From positions 14,021 to 78,020 of the forward strand of contig CAYOQI010000005.1 in NCBI GenBank assembly GCA_964406075.1: a stretch of DNA of 64,000 nt, written 5' to 3'. The stretch's first letter is position 1; every line of letters starts with the position of its first letter. Source of the DNA: an uncultured Pseudomonadales bacterium (GTDB lineage Bacteria; Patescibacteriota; Microgenomatia; UBA1400; PJMF01). Below, in pieces: positions 46,891 through 56,273 of this stretch. The notes under the pieces are model-generated. The model did not search any database. It saw only the letters and a list, made by a program, of their open reading frames with translations, and had not been told where the DNA came from. Position numbers and translations under genes: made by a program.

Positions 46891-47056
46891 GAGCCTGTTT
46901 GAAAAGTCGCATTGAACTGCAAGTCAACAGGATTTGGTAAAAAAGATCTTTTCTCTCTCCTGAAGTAGGCAATGCTACTAGGCGTCGAGAAAAAACACTT
47001 TTTTATTCAAACCTGATTGTCTTTCGTTACGAAAGGGACTTTTCAAACAGGCTCTT
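46889..47056. repeat. 168-bp intergenic module bracketed by a perfect 20-bp inverted repeat (MITE-like element or structured RNA / bidirectional terminator)
   Basis: AAGAGCCTGTTTGAAAAGTC (46889-46908) is the exact reverse complement of 47037-47056. Nested pairings occur inside: GCATTG 46909-14 with CAATGC 46970-75, CAGGA 46928-32 with TCCTG 46958-62, the palindrome AAAAGATCTTTT at 46941-52, and the hairpin CTTTCG-TTA-CGAAAG. The arms abut the stop codons of the two convergent genes. Confidence 0.7.
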
Positions 47057-47058
47057 CT

Positions 47059-49437
47059 TCAAATTGGCTTGTCCTCTTTTTTCCTAAATTGGTTCGCTAC
47101 ACATTTTTGATTGGGTTCAGTGCCTGGCAGAAAATACTCTTCCTTTGTGGAAGGACAACCTTCACAAGCCAGTGTCCCGGTTGTGGTGCAGATCGCTACT
47201 TTAATAAGTTGGGTTGGCTGAGCAAAAACGTGAGGACTTTCTTCATGTAGTTGTGTGCGGATAATTTTATTCCAAATAGGTGATGCACCCGTTATTCCAG
47301 AGGCAACATAACTCATTGGAGTATTGTCATTATTTCCCACCCAGACAGCTACTACTCTTTCAGTGGTGTATCCGATGGTCCAGTTATCTCTCAAACTGTT
47401 TGTGGTTCCTGTTTTGACCGCAACTTGTTGATTTGGAATACTGAGGACTGAGTTAGTTCCGAATGCTGATGATCGAGCTTGATTGTCAGATAAAATATCC
47501 GTAATCTGGTACGCTACTCTTGGATCAAGACTGCGGCGTTTTTCGCAATCAAGGGAGACGTTCACACATGGATTTTCATATAAAATTTTTCCTTCAGAAT
47601 TTTTAATTAATAAAATTGGATTTAATTCGACTGTCTGGCCATTATTTGCAAAAGTTCCATACAGTTCAGCCATATCGGTCATTTTGACTTCACCTCCTCC
47701 AAGCGTTAAAGACAAACCAAACCTTGATCGATCATTCCAAGTATCAATCCCCATAAGCTTTCCTTTATCAATCATTTTATCTATACCAATAACTGAAAGG
47801 GTTTTTACCGCGGGGATGTTGTACGAATTTGCTAACGCTTCGCGAATTCTTACTTTGCCATGAAATTTTCCATCGTAATTTTGTGGTGAGTACGGAGGGC
47901 TCCCTGGAATTGAATATGTAATAGGAGCGTCTTCAATCGTAGTAGCAGGGGTCATTCCATTTTCTAAGGCTATAGCATAGGTCAGAGGTTTAATAGAAGA
48001 ACCTGGAAGTCTCAATCTGTCGGTGATATTTACTTGTCCATCATGCTCAATATCAAAGTAGTTGGTGCTACCAACCATAGCGAGTATCTCTCCGGTTTGA
48101 GGCTCAGTTACGAGGGCAGAACCATTACTTATTCTGAAACCTTTCAATTGCTCAATTTCTTCGGTCACGATTTGCTGAGCTGTTTGTTGAAGTGAAAAAT
48201 CAAGTGTTGTATACACTTCTAGACCACCTTGAGAAACCATGGTTTCGCCATACTGTTCGTCTAATATTGATCGCACGTACATGACAAAATGTGGAGCAAG
48301 AATATCTGTTTTATTTTCATTAAAGATCAGTTCTTCCGTCATGGCTTGATTCGCAAGTTCAGGAGTAATGTGTTGTTCTTCAACCATTCGTCGTAATACT
48401 TCGTGTTGTCTCTTAAACACAAGTTCAGGATTATTTCCAAAAGGTGAGTATGTGGTAGGAGCAGCTGGAATTGCAGCAAGCAGTGCGGCTTCACTGACAG
48501 TTAGATCTTTGGCATGTTTTCCAAAATATTTCAGTGAGGCTTGTTCAATACCATATATCGCCCCACCATAAGAAATTTGATTAAAGTACATGCTCAATAT
48601 TTCATCTTTTGTATAGAGAGCATCGACAGCAATCGCCAATAAGACTTCTCGTAACTTCCGTTTATATTTTTTTTCTGATGTAAGCAAAATATTTTTGACT
48701 AATTGCTGAGTAATAGTAGAACCGCCTTGAACTTTCCCTTCAGTGAAGTTGACTTTCACGGCCCGCAAAATTCCTTTTGGAGAAAAGCCGGGGTGTTGAA
48801 AAAAGTCAGCATCTTCAATTGCAAGCGTGGCATTTATAACATGAGGTGGCAGATCAGATAATGGGACTAGAGTCCGATTTTCATCTTTAAAAATACTGTA
48901 CAGTTCTTTCCCGTGTCGATCGTATATTCGAGTTGTGAGAATTTTTTCTTTTCGAGAAACTTCCAGCGGTGAAGGTAAGTCTTGGAAAATGAATTCATAG
49001 ATGAACCAAGCAGTCGTAGAAATAAGTCCAACTGTGATCGCCAGAGTGGTAAGGGATTTTCCTACTCTTGAGCTAAAAAAGAAAGAAAAAAGTGTAACAA
49101 AAAAAAGAATAATATTTTTGAAGAGAAAAGTTATTACTGAAGTAAGAAGTTTAATGAAAGAAAGTAAGACATGAAGGAAAAAATTTGCGACGACAGTACT
49201 TTTATGAGTGAAAGAATTTTTTATCGGTTGTAATGCGTATTCTTTATTACCAGTGGTTTGAGTCTGAGTGAAAAAGGAAAATCTGAAAAAATCAAAAAAT
49301 TTGGAAATAAACCACATGCTCACGAGCCAACTTCCCAAAAACACACTCGCGCATACGTAGTACAAAGGTTGACCAATATACTGAAGCAAGTGAATAAGTA
49401 CAAAACGATGAGAAGTCCGAGAAAATTTTTGTCTCAC
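47059..49437 (-). CDS. class A penicillin-binding protein (PBP1A-type transglycosylase/transpeptidase) with long hydrophobic N-terminal extension
   Basis: GT51 motifs AIEDADFFQHPGF and GGSTITQQLVKN. Transpeptidase motifs PGSSIKPL (SxxK), SYN and KTGTTN. About 150 aa of extra hydrophobic N-terminus. Confidence 0.9.
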   Translation of the reverse strand: MRQKFSRTSHRFVLIHLLQYIGQPLYYVCASVFLGSWLVSMWFISKFFDFFRFSFFTQTQTTGNKEYALQPIKNSFTHKSTVVANFFLHVLLSFIKLLTSVITFLFKNIILFFVTLFSFFFSSRVGKSLTTLAITVGLISTTAWFIYEFIFQDLPSPLEVSRKEKILTTRIYDRHGKELYSIFKDENRTLVPLSDLPPHVINATLAIEDADFFQHPGFSPKGILRAVKVNFTEGKVQGGSTITQQLVKNILLTSEKKYKRKLREVLLAIAVDALYTKDEILSMYFNQISYGGAIYGIEQASLKYFGKHAKDLTVSEAALLAAIPAAPTTYSPFGNNPELVFKRQHEVLRRMVEEQHITPELANQAMTEELIFNENKTDILAPHFVMYVRSILDEQYGETMVSQGGLEVYTTLDFSLQQTAQQIVTEEIEQLKGFRISNGSALVTEPQTGEILAMVGSTNYFDIEHDGQVNITDRLRLPGSSIKPLTYAIALENGMTPATTIEDAPITYSIPGSPPYSPQNYDGKFHGKVRIREALANSYNIPAVKTLSVIGIDKMIDKGKLMGIDTWNDRSRFGLSLTLGGGEVKMTDMAELYGTFANNGQTVELNPILLIKNSEGKILYENPCVNVSLDCEKRRSLDPRVAYQITDILSDNQARSSAFGTNSVLSIPNQQVAVKTGTTNSLRDNWTIGYTTERVVAVWVGNNDNTPMSYVASGITGASPIWNKIIRTQLHEESPHVFAQPTQLIKVAICTTTGTLACEGCPSTKEEYFLPGTEPNQKCVANQFRKKEDKPI

Positions 49438-49542
49438 TGAAACGGCATTATAGAAAGCAAAAAGCTGTAACTCAACAAGGTAATTTCATCCATGAAAGCA
49501 AAGATTTTATTGAAAATGATCCTTTTATAAAACAAATTTCTG

Positions 49543-50700
49543 TTACAGTTCATCTCTAATAACGTTCCACAGTTCTCTACTTTCACCTTCGTACCCAAGT
49601 GCCCAAATTGCAATACCTCCAATATCAAGCTGTTGTACGAGATCAAGCTTATATTTGAGGGACTGGGCATTTTCATAACTAATCATAAAGTGCTTGTCTT
49701 CTTTTTGAACGTAAAGAAACGGAGAAAGTGTGTCATCCTCCCAAAAATGTTGAATGATACTGCTTGAATCCAGAAGAAGAGTGTTGATGCGTTCAATGCT
49801 TGCCGTTGATCCAGTTCGAGGAAGGGTAAAAGAACGCGGAAAAGGATCGGTTGTTTCCCATTCATATCCATAAAAAGGAATGCCTAACAAAATTTTTTCT
49901 TTCGGAACTACTTTTACAAACTTTGCTAAGTAGTAAGTGATATTTTTTTCTTTTTCTTTCGTCCCGGTGTTTAACAGTGGAGAAATGGGACCGGCGTTAT
50001 TAGAAGAAGCGCGATGAAAATCGTAGGTCATGACGACAATATAATCGACAGGTTCATGGAGTGCTGGGATATCCCAGAGCGTCGTTCGTTCAATACTGCT
50101 CGGATAGACGTCAATCGCGAGTGTGAGATTTTTATCGTGACCATCTAGCCAGATATTCGTTCTTTTTATAAATTCTGTGAATTGAGTTCGTTGTTCGTCT
50201 GTAACGTCGCCGGTAACTTCAAAGTCAATATTTATTCCTTGAATAGAGTATTGATTCATAATACTTTCCAACTCAATGAAAAACTGGCGTTGAGCGGTGG
50301 TCGAACTTAAAAAAGCTAACACTTTTTCTTTTTCAAATTGGGCGAATGTGATATCAGTTTTAATGTTCTTTGATTGTGCGTCTTGATAAAGGGTTGAGAA
50401 ACTCTTATTGAAAAAAGCATAATCAGGAGTTTTAGTTTTTACTAGCGTTCCATCACTGTCAATTGTTAAGGAGAAATATGCCCAATCAGTCAGCTCCGGT
50501 TGGAAAGTAGCTTTTGAACCTAACCAATATGGAACGAACCCATACACTTTTTTGGATGAAGTAGTCTTGGGTATTAGCTTTTTTTCCGAGGAAATACTTA
50601 GAGGGTTACTGAGACTTCTTTCTTCTAATGAATATCCCATCTTCCACGCGAAAAAAGTTGCAATGAACACACAGATAAAAAACAATAAAAGCAACTTCAT
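49543..50700 (-). CDS. glycoside hydrolase family 18 protein (chitinase/YaaH-like)
   Basis: Signal/anchor MKLLLLFFICVFIATFF. The catalytic-type block IQGINIDFEV (DxxDxDxE-like, Glu retained). MTYDFH and GGIAIWALG are typical GH18 strands. Confidence 0.75.
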   Translation of the reverse strand: MKLLLLFFICVFIATFFAWKMGYSLEERSLSNPLSISSEKKLIPKTTSSKKVYGFVPYWLGSKATFQPELTDWAYFSLTIDSDGTLVKTKTPDYAFFNKSFSTLYQDAQSKNIKTDITFAQFEKEKVLAFLSSTTAQRQFFIELESIMNQYSIQGINIDFEVTGDVTDEQRTQFTEFIKRTNIWLDGHDKNLTLAIDVYPSSIERTTLWDIPALHEPVDYIVVMTYDFHRASSNNAGPISPLLNTGTKEKEKNITYYLAKFVKVVPKEKILLGIPFYGYEWETTDPFPRSFTLPRTGSTASIERINTLLLDSSSIIQHFWEDDTLSPFLYVQKEDKHFMISYENAQSLKYKLDLVQQLDIGGIAIWALGYEGESRELWNVIRDEL

Positions 50701-50731
50701 GGTGCTATTGTACGATATGAAGTAGTGAAGG

Positions 50732-53107
50732 TTATTCTTGAGGAGTTAATTCAGTCTCCAGAGATTTTTTTTCTTCTTCAGTTAAAGAAAAGTTGGAAGG
50801 CACAATATATCTTTCGTATACTGTTTTTCCTTCTGGTGTAAGAGCTCGAGTACAGTCGACACAGTACTCATTTGTAAATGGATCAGAGTAGACTGTGTGT
50901 TTTTGGAGTTGTAAGTTTAATCCTTCCCACGAAACTCCACTTTTAGGTGGTAGGCCTGTAGTTGGATCGATCCAGATTTCTTTTGTTGTTTGGTCTGATT
51001 GAGTTGGCTCAGTTCCCTTCCAAAAGAATTCATTGCGAGTGCCACATCCACCTTCACCACTCGGAAGCAAACCAGAGACTGAACAAATGGCTTTACTGAT
51101 GACATCTGCAGGTTGTTCAGGCCATTGGGAAGGCTTATTCGCTAAGGTAAGTGTCATGATATCGTTCCAAATGGGAGCAGCGCCTGTCACACCTGAAACA
51201 AGTGCTTGATTCATCGGAGTATTATCATTATTTCCAACCCACACTACGGTTAAATATTCAGGTGTATACCCAACAGTCCAGTTATCTCGTAAGTTATTGG
51301 TTGTTCCGGTTTTGACACTGACGACTTGATCTTTTATGACTAGCTGAGAATTTGATCCGAATGCACCAGAGCGTGCATTGTTATCCAAAAGTATATGACT
51401 GACAAGATAAGCAGGCGCTCGATGAAGAATACGTTTTAAATCTCCGAACTCAGTCACTTCCTCATCATCCATCATTTCTTTTAATTGTGATTTTCGCTCT
51501 TCAGTGTCAACAGCTTCCAAGGTATTCCCTTGGTAATCTTTGACTTCCAAGATACTTAATATTGGCGTTTTAACTCCTTGGTTTGCTAACACTCCATATG
51601 CTTGAGCCATATCAATCATTTTGACTTCACCTGCACCCAAACCCAGTGAAATTCCATATCGACTTGGATCATTCCAAGTTGATATTCCCATAGCGGAGGC
51701 GGTAGCAATTAATGAATCCACTCCATTAATATACGTCGTTTTTACTGCAGGGATGTTATACGAGTTACCCAGAGCAAATCGTTGTTGTACCGGTCCTCGG
51801 AATCCACCGTCATAGTTTTTAGGACAATAGAGTGGCTGACCTGGTTGTTCGAAACAAGTTGGAATATCAAGCAGCATACTGGCAGGTGTGAGTTTTTTCA
51901 GCTCAAAAGCTGTTGCAAGGTTCAAAGGCTTGATTGATGAGCCAGGTTGTCTTTCCTCGATCGTGACGTTAACTTTGCCATCAATCGTGGCATCGAAGTA
52001 GTCTTTCGATCCAATCATGGCTAAAACTTCACCCGTATTGGGCTTCGTTATGATTGCCGCACCATTACTCACTTTATAGCGAGTTAATGTTTTAATTTCA
52101 GCCGCGACTGATGCTTGAGCCTGTTCATGTAAGTCGAGATCCAATGTCGTTTTTACTCTGAGACCGCCACGTTCAACTTTTTCTATTCCATATTTTTCTA
52201 CCAATTGGTCTTTCACAAAAAATACAAAGTGAGGAGCTCTGATGTTGGTTGTTGAAAGGGCAAACTTCAGTTCAGTATTTTTTGCTTCTTCAGCTTGTTC
52301 AGGAGTGATAAAGCCTTCTTCTTCCATTCTTCTTAGCACTTCGGCTTGACGATTCTTTGAATGTTTAGGATCAGCTTGAAAAGGCGAGTAACGAGAAGGA
52401 GCCTGAGGTAATCCAGCTAACAGTGCTGCTTCTGCAATACTGAGATCTTTGGCTGGCTTATCAAAGTAGGTTTGAGATGCTGCACCAATTCCCCAAGAAG
52501 TGCCTCCATATGGAATATGATTGAGATACATTTCTAAGATCTGATCTTTTGAGTACAGCACTTCGGTTGCAACGGTGAGGACTGCTTCTTTGGCTTTGCG
52601 TTCCAGTGTTTTTTCTCGAGTAAGCAGTGCTGTTTTTACGAGTTGTTGAGTAATTGTAGAGCCACCTTGAATGGATTGTCTAAAAAGGATATTTCTCATT
52701 GCCCGAGCGATTCCTACGAGATCAAATCCAAAATGACGATAGAAACTTTGGTCTTCAATTGCAATGGATGCTTGATAGACATGTGGAGGAAGTTCACTCA
52801 ATTGAATAGGAAGTCTGTTTTCATCAGAATATATTTCATATAGTAGCTTTCCATTTCGGTCAAAAATTTGAGTACTGACTGGAAAGTTTTCCGGTGCGTT
52901 TAATTCCTGAGGTGAAGGGAGATCTCTCAGGACATATAACATCCAAACAATGAAAGCCAATACTAAAATCAGAAAAACGACAAGCAGTTTCTTTTTAAAC
53001 CCAAAGGAAGTTTTTTTCCTTTTTTTTGGAACTGAATGCTTGTGACTTGAGTCCGTCACTGGTTTTGACGCAGAGCTAGTCTTTTTTTTTGATCGGCGAA
53101 ATGGCAT
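50732..53107 (-). CDS. class A penicillin-binding protein (PBP1A-type), second copy
   Basis: AIEDQSFYRHFGF, GGSTITQQLVKT, PGSSIKPL, SYN, KTGTTN. Start trimmed to MPFRRSKKK (53107). The track's 53215 start would overlap the divergent gene. Confidence 0.9.
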   Translation of the reverse strand: MPFRRSKKKTSSASKPVTDSSHKHSVPKKRKKTSFGFKKKLLVVFLILVLAFIVWMLYVLRDLPSPQELNAPENFPVSTQIFDRNGKLLYEIYSDENRLPIQLSELPPHVYQASIAIEDQSFYRHFGFDLVGIARAMRNILFRQSIQGGSTITQQLVKTALLTREKTLERKAKEAVLTVATEVLYSKDQILEMYLNHIPYGGTSWGIGAASQTYFDKPAKDLSIAEAALLAGLPQAPSRYSPFQADPKHSKNRQAEVLRRMEEEGFITPEQAEEAKNTELKFALSTTNIRAPHFVFFVKDQLVEKYGIEKVERGGLRVKTTLDLDLHEQAQASVAAEIKTLTRYKVSNGAAIITKPNTGEVLAMIGSKDYFDATIDGKVNVTIEERQPGSSIKPLNLATAFELKKLTPASMLLDIPTCFEQPGQPLYCPKNYDGGFRGPVQQRFALGNSYNIPAVKTTYINGVDSLIATASAMGISTWNDPSRYGISLGLGAGEVKMIDMAQAYGVLANQGVKTPILSILEVKDYQGNTLEAVDTEERKSQLKEMMDDEEVTEFGDLKRILHRAPAYLVSHILLDNNARSGAFGSNSQLVIKDQVVSVKTGTTNNLRDNWTVGYTPEYLTVVWVGNNDNTPMNQALVSGVTGAAPIWNDIMTLTLANKPSQWPEQPADVISKAICSVSGLLPSGEGGCGTRNEFFWKGTEPTQSDQTTKEIWIDPTTGLPPKSGVSWEGLNLQLQKHTVYSDPFTNEYCVDCTRALTPEGKTVYERYIVPSNFSLTEEEKKSLETELTPQE

Positions 53108-53155
53108 AACTAGTAAACCATTATATCTTCGTTTTACAATCTTGCGTAAGAAATT

Positions 53156-53635
53156 ATGAATGTACCACTCCTCATCCGACAACAATGGTTTAAAAATCTT
53201 CCATCGATCCAACAAAAGATGATTCGTCAGTCATTGGAATTACTTGAAAGGGAAAAAAGACTGGCAACTACATGGAGTGATTATTCATTCATCCTTTTCC
53301 CAATGGCCAAAGCCTATGAAGGTTTTATTAAAGAGTTTTTTTATAGAAGAGGATTAATTTCTCATCAAACATATATAGGAAGAAAATTCCGAGTTGGAAG
53401 ATCGCTCAATCCAGATATATCTCAACATCATCAAGATGAATGGTGGTTATACGATGATCTGAGTAAACAGTGTGGTGTTGGAGTTGCTAGAAAACTGTGG
53501 GATGCTTGGATTGAGTGTCGAAATCATGTATTTCACTATTTTCCCCAGCAACAAGCAGAATATTCTTTGGTAGAAATAGAAAAAAAAATACATTTACTGA
53601 TTGATGTGATGACATATGCCAGTGAATGTGAATAA
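53156..53635 (+). CDS. small HEPN-motif protein (putative)
   Basis: 159 aa and predicted helical. C-terminal WIECRNHVFHY contains an R-x4-H HEPN-type motif. An alternative start lies at 53219. No partner gene is evident. Confidence 0.35.
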   Translation: MNVPLLIRQQWFKNLPSIQQKMIRQSLELLEREKRLATTWSDYSFILFPMAKAYEGFIKEFFYRRGLISHQTYIGRKFRVGRSLNPDISQHHQDEWWLYDDLSKQCGVGVARKLWDAWIECRNHVFHYFPQQQAEYSLVEIEKKIHLLIDVMTYASECE

Positions 53636-53717
53636 TCCAGATGTATCCTCTGCTGTGTTTCCGTAAATCGTGGTAACATATCTGACCAACCGTCTATATT
53701 TTTTGAAAAGGTGACAT

Positions 53718-54371
53718 ATGTCTGCAGATTTTTTCAACATTACTATTTCTGGATTACCAGGTTCAGGTTCTACGACTCTGTTGCGAGGGTTAAAAGAGGC
53801 GCTGCAATTTGAAGGATGGAAAGGATTTAGTGGTGGTGAGTTTATGCGTGCATATGCGGAAGAAAAAGGACTTTTTAAAGTAAATGCAGGGATGCATCAT
53901 GATTCTCGTCATTATGAGGATGATTTTGATCGAAAAATCGACATGGGAATGAGACAAAAACTTCAATCAGAAAAGCAATGGATTATTGAGTCATGGTTAT
54001 CAGGCTTTTTAGCTCAAGGTGTTCCAGGAGTATTAAAAGTTCTGATGTTTTGTAGCGATGAAGCAGTAAAAATTGATCGAATTGTAAATCGCGACAGTAT
54101 TACCCCTGATGTTGCCAAACACAATATGAGAGAGAGATATGACGCTAATCTTTCTAAGTGGGCAAGAATGTATGAAAAAGAGTGGCAAGACTGGGTAGTG
54201 AACTCAGGTGTCATGAAAGCTGACGATCAGATTGATTTTTGGGATCCAAAACTCTACGATATTGTTATAGATACATATTCTCAAAATCAGGAAGCAGTTT
54301 TAACAACTGTATTGAGTGCTTTAAAAAAGAAAATCGAAGATGGTAGTCGCCCAATTACACCAGGAAAATAA
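53718..54371 (+). CDS. P-loop nucleoside/nucleotide kinase-like protein (cytidylate-kinase-like family)
   Basis: ITISGLPGSGSTTLLRGL Walker A at the extreme N-terminus, 217 aa, an architecture like archaeal-type CMP/adenylate kinases. Substrate unknown. Confidence 0.5.
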   Translation: MSADFFNITISGLPGSGSTTLLRGLKEALQFEGWKGFSGGEFMRAYAEEKGLFKVNAGMHHDSRHYEDDFDRKIDMGMRQKLQSEKQWIIESWLSGFLAQGVPGVLKVLMFCSDEAVKIDRIVNRDSITPDVAKHNMRERYDANLSKWARMYEKEWQDWVVNSGVMKADDQIDFWDPKLYDIVIDTYSQNQEAVLTTVLSALKKKIEDGSRPITPGK

Positions 54372-55029
54372 GTCTGATATATCGACCGTAAATCGACATA
54401 AAATTTTTGTTCCTCTTCTCCTTATCCTTTTTCTCATCTGGACTTTGTATCGGGTGTTATTCTCGTTTCCAGTCTGGTTTGACGAAACAATTGGAAAACT
54501 TATTTTTTTTGGATTACCAGTTTGGATGTACGTTGTAGTTGTCCAAACTCGAATTATTGAAAGCACATTGAAATTTGCCAAACTGATTCCCGGACTGTAT
54601 CTGGGATTAGCAATTGGTGGACTGTATGGCTTTGTCGGTGTTTTAGCGATGACGGCAGGCAAGCAAGAGTTTACGACGGTCTTTTTATTTTTTTCAGCTC
54701 GATTTTGGTGGGAATTTCTTCTGGCTTTACTAACTGGTTTTTGGGAAAGTTTATTCTTTTTTGGATGGGTGTTTTTAGTGGCAGAAAAACGATTTATTGC
54801 CCGATGGCAATTAACAGGAGTTTTACTTTTTACTGCGCTCGTTTTTATTCTTTTTCATATTCCCAACACAATCTTAAGATTCCCTCTGGCCTCGGTCCTT
54901 CCTCAACTGTTTCTCCTCTTCTTTTTTGCGATTGGACAAGGTTTGCTCTTCTTTCGTTATCGTAATATTTATGCAATTGCTCTCTCTCATGCAATCTGGG
55001 GTATGGTGCTACTTATTTATGGGTCATAG
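54340..55029 (+). CDS. CPBP-family intramembrane metalloprotease (CAAX/Abi family)
   Basis: Polytopic. Motif 1-like TGFWESLFFFGW (degenerate EExxxR), motif 2 FILFHIPN, motif 3 LSHAIWGMV. The 5' end overlaps the upstream gene by 32 nt, so the start is uncertain. Confidence 0.6.
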   Translation: MVVAQLHQENKSDISTVNRHKIFVPLLLILFLIWTLYRVLFSFPVWFDETIGKLIFFGLPVWMYVVVVQTRIIESTLKFAKLIPGLYLGLAIGGLYGFVGVLAMTAGKQEFTTVFLFFSARFWWEFLLALLTGFWESLFFFGWVFLVAEKRFIARWQLTGVLLFTALVFILFHIPNTILRFPLASVLPQLFLLFFFAIGQGLLFFRYRNIYAIALSHAIWGMVLLIYGS

Positions 55030-55070
55030 GTTTTTTTGAAAAATTTGCTAGAATAGGCTTTCACCTGATT

Positions 55071-55604
55071 ATGTGGATTCGATTGTCATTCATTACTCTA
55101 GCTTTTTTATTTGGTTGTGGGATTGTGGGTGTCTCCTTAGTGAGTGCAGCCACAGTTTTTCCAACTGAAGTAATTCCTTCGACAGCTCCTGTCGTATCGC
55201 ATCTTTCTGATTCTTTACTCCCTGGTCATCTTGGCTATCCTGTCATGGCTGCAACGCAAAAAGTTCAATTGTATTTTATGGAAGGCGAAGAGCAATCGTA
55301 TGAACGTTTACGTATTGCGACGGAGAGATGGCAAAGTGCTGAGGAATTAATAAAACTGAATAAATTGGACCTGGCTGTTTCAACAACACTTAAAGGTCAT
55401 CAATATGTCGCAGAAACGGCATTAAAGGTACAACAACTTCCAAGTGATCATCCTCTCAAACTCAACGTCATTCAAAAGCTCTACGATTTTCGCGTTCATG
55501 TTGATGTCATGAAATCTGCTTTCTCAGATCAGCAGAAAGTACTTTTAGACCAAGCCCTTGCCGAGAATGAAGCCCTCTTGACTCACTTGGGTGCACGACT
55601 TTAA
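55071..55604 (+). CDS. putative lipoprotein, helical, hypothetical
   Basis: Signal peptide with the lipobox-like FLFGC. The remainder is helical and I recognise no motif. Confidence 0.5.
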   Translation: MWIRLSFITLAFLFGCGIVGVSLVSAATVFPTEVIPSTAPVVSHLSDSLLPGHLGYPVMAATQKVQLYFMEGEEQSYERLRIATERWQSAEELIKLNKLDLAVSTTLKGHQYVAETALKVQQLPSDHPLKLNVIQKLYDFRVHVDVMKSAFSDQQKVLLDQALAENEALLTHLGARL

Positions 55605-55743
55605 TTTTCTCCATTTTGATCTCATTTGATATATTGACTCGCTTCCGTTGAGCGTGGTTCACTTATACTCCTTTCACTTATTTTCATCGAAACACAATAG
55701 GTTGTAGGTTAAAAAACAAGGTGTAACAGGATGTGGTATAGGT

Positions 55744-56265
55744 ATGAAATGTCCATATTGTTTCCATGATGGTTCAGCTGTTTTAGATTCCCGGGATTGT
55801 GAAGAGGGGGAAGTAATTCGTCGTCGCAGAGTGTGTGAAAAATGTGGAAAAAGGTGGACGACCTATGAGCGAGTTCAAGGTGTAGATCTGTGGGTAATCA
55901 AAAAGGACGGAAACAAACAGGTTTTTGATCGAGAAAAATTAAAACGTGGCATTGTAAAAGCAACTTGGAAACGTCCCGTTTCAATGTCAGATATTGAAGA
56001 CTTACTCGATGATGTTGAGCGACGACTAAGATCGCGGGCATCGACAGAAGTGAAAAGTTGGGAAATAGGGAATTTAGTTATTAATAGATTGCGCAAAGTT
56101 GATGCGTTGTCTTACTTACTTTTTGCAAGTGTATATAGAGATTTTGAAAGTGTTGAAGATTTCCAGAACGAAATCAAAAAATTACTTATAAGTCCAGAAG
56201 AAGCATTTACTTCGGACACAATTGAAAAACGGTCTGCTCAAGAATACTCAGACCAGACACTCTAA
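55744..56265 (+). CDS. nrdR: transcriptional repressor NrdR
   Basis: MKCPYCFHDGSAVLDSR...RRRRVCEKCGKRWTTYE zinc ribbon followed by an ATP-cone. Confidence 0.95.
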   Translation: MKCPYCFHDGSAVLDSRDCEEGEVIRRRRVCEKCGKRWTTYERVQGVDLWVIKKDGNKQVFDREKLKRGIVKATWKRPVSMSDIEDLLDDVERRLRSRASTEVKSWEIGNLVINRLRKVDALSYLLFASVYRDFESVEDFQNEIKKLLISPEEAFTSDTIEKRSAQEYSDQTL

Positions 56266-56273
56266 GGAGAGGT

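Noticed and set aside
53108-53215. N-terminal extensions proposed by the ORF track: the PBP to 53215, murJ to 39633, DUF192 from 116, and P1, P2 and P4 from upstream in-frame ATGs.
   Set aside because: The extensions overlap neighbouring genes or promoters and lack family-typical sequence. Internal starts that abut the upstream stop codon or precede the TM helix fit better.
54321-54662. A 113-aa minus-strand ORF.
   Set aside because: It is antisense to the CPBP protease and kinase-like genes, with no motif or start context.
55692-55707. A possible NrdR box, ACACAATAGGTTGTAG, upstream of nrdR-nrdJ.
   Set aside because: The left half fits the acaCwAtA consensus, but the right half matches only about 4 of 8 positions. 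I could not find a convincing second box at the usual spacing of about 31 bp. It is too weak to call without a position weight matrix scan.
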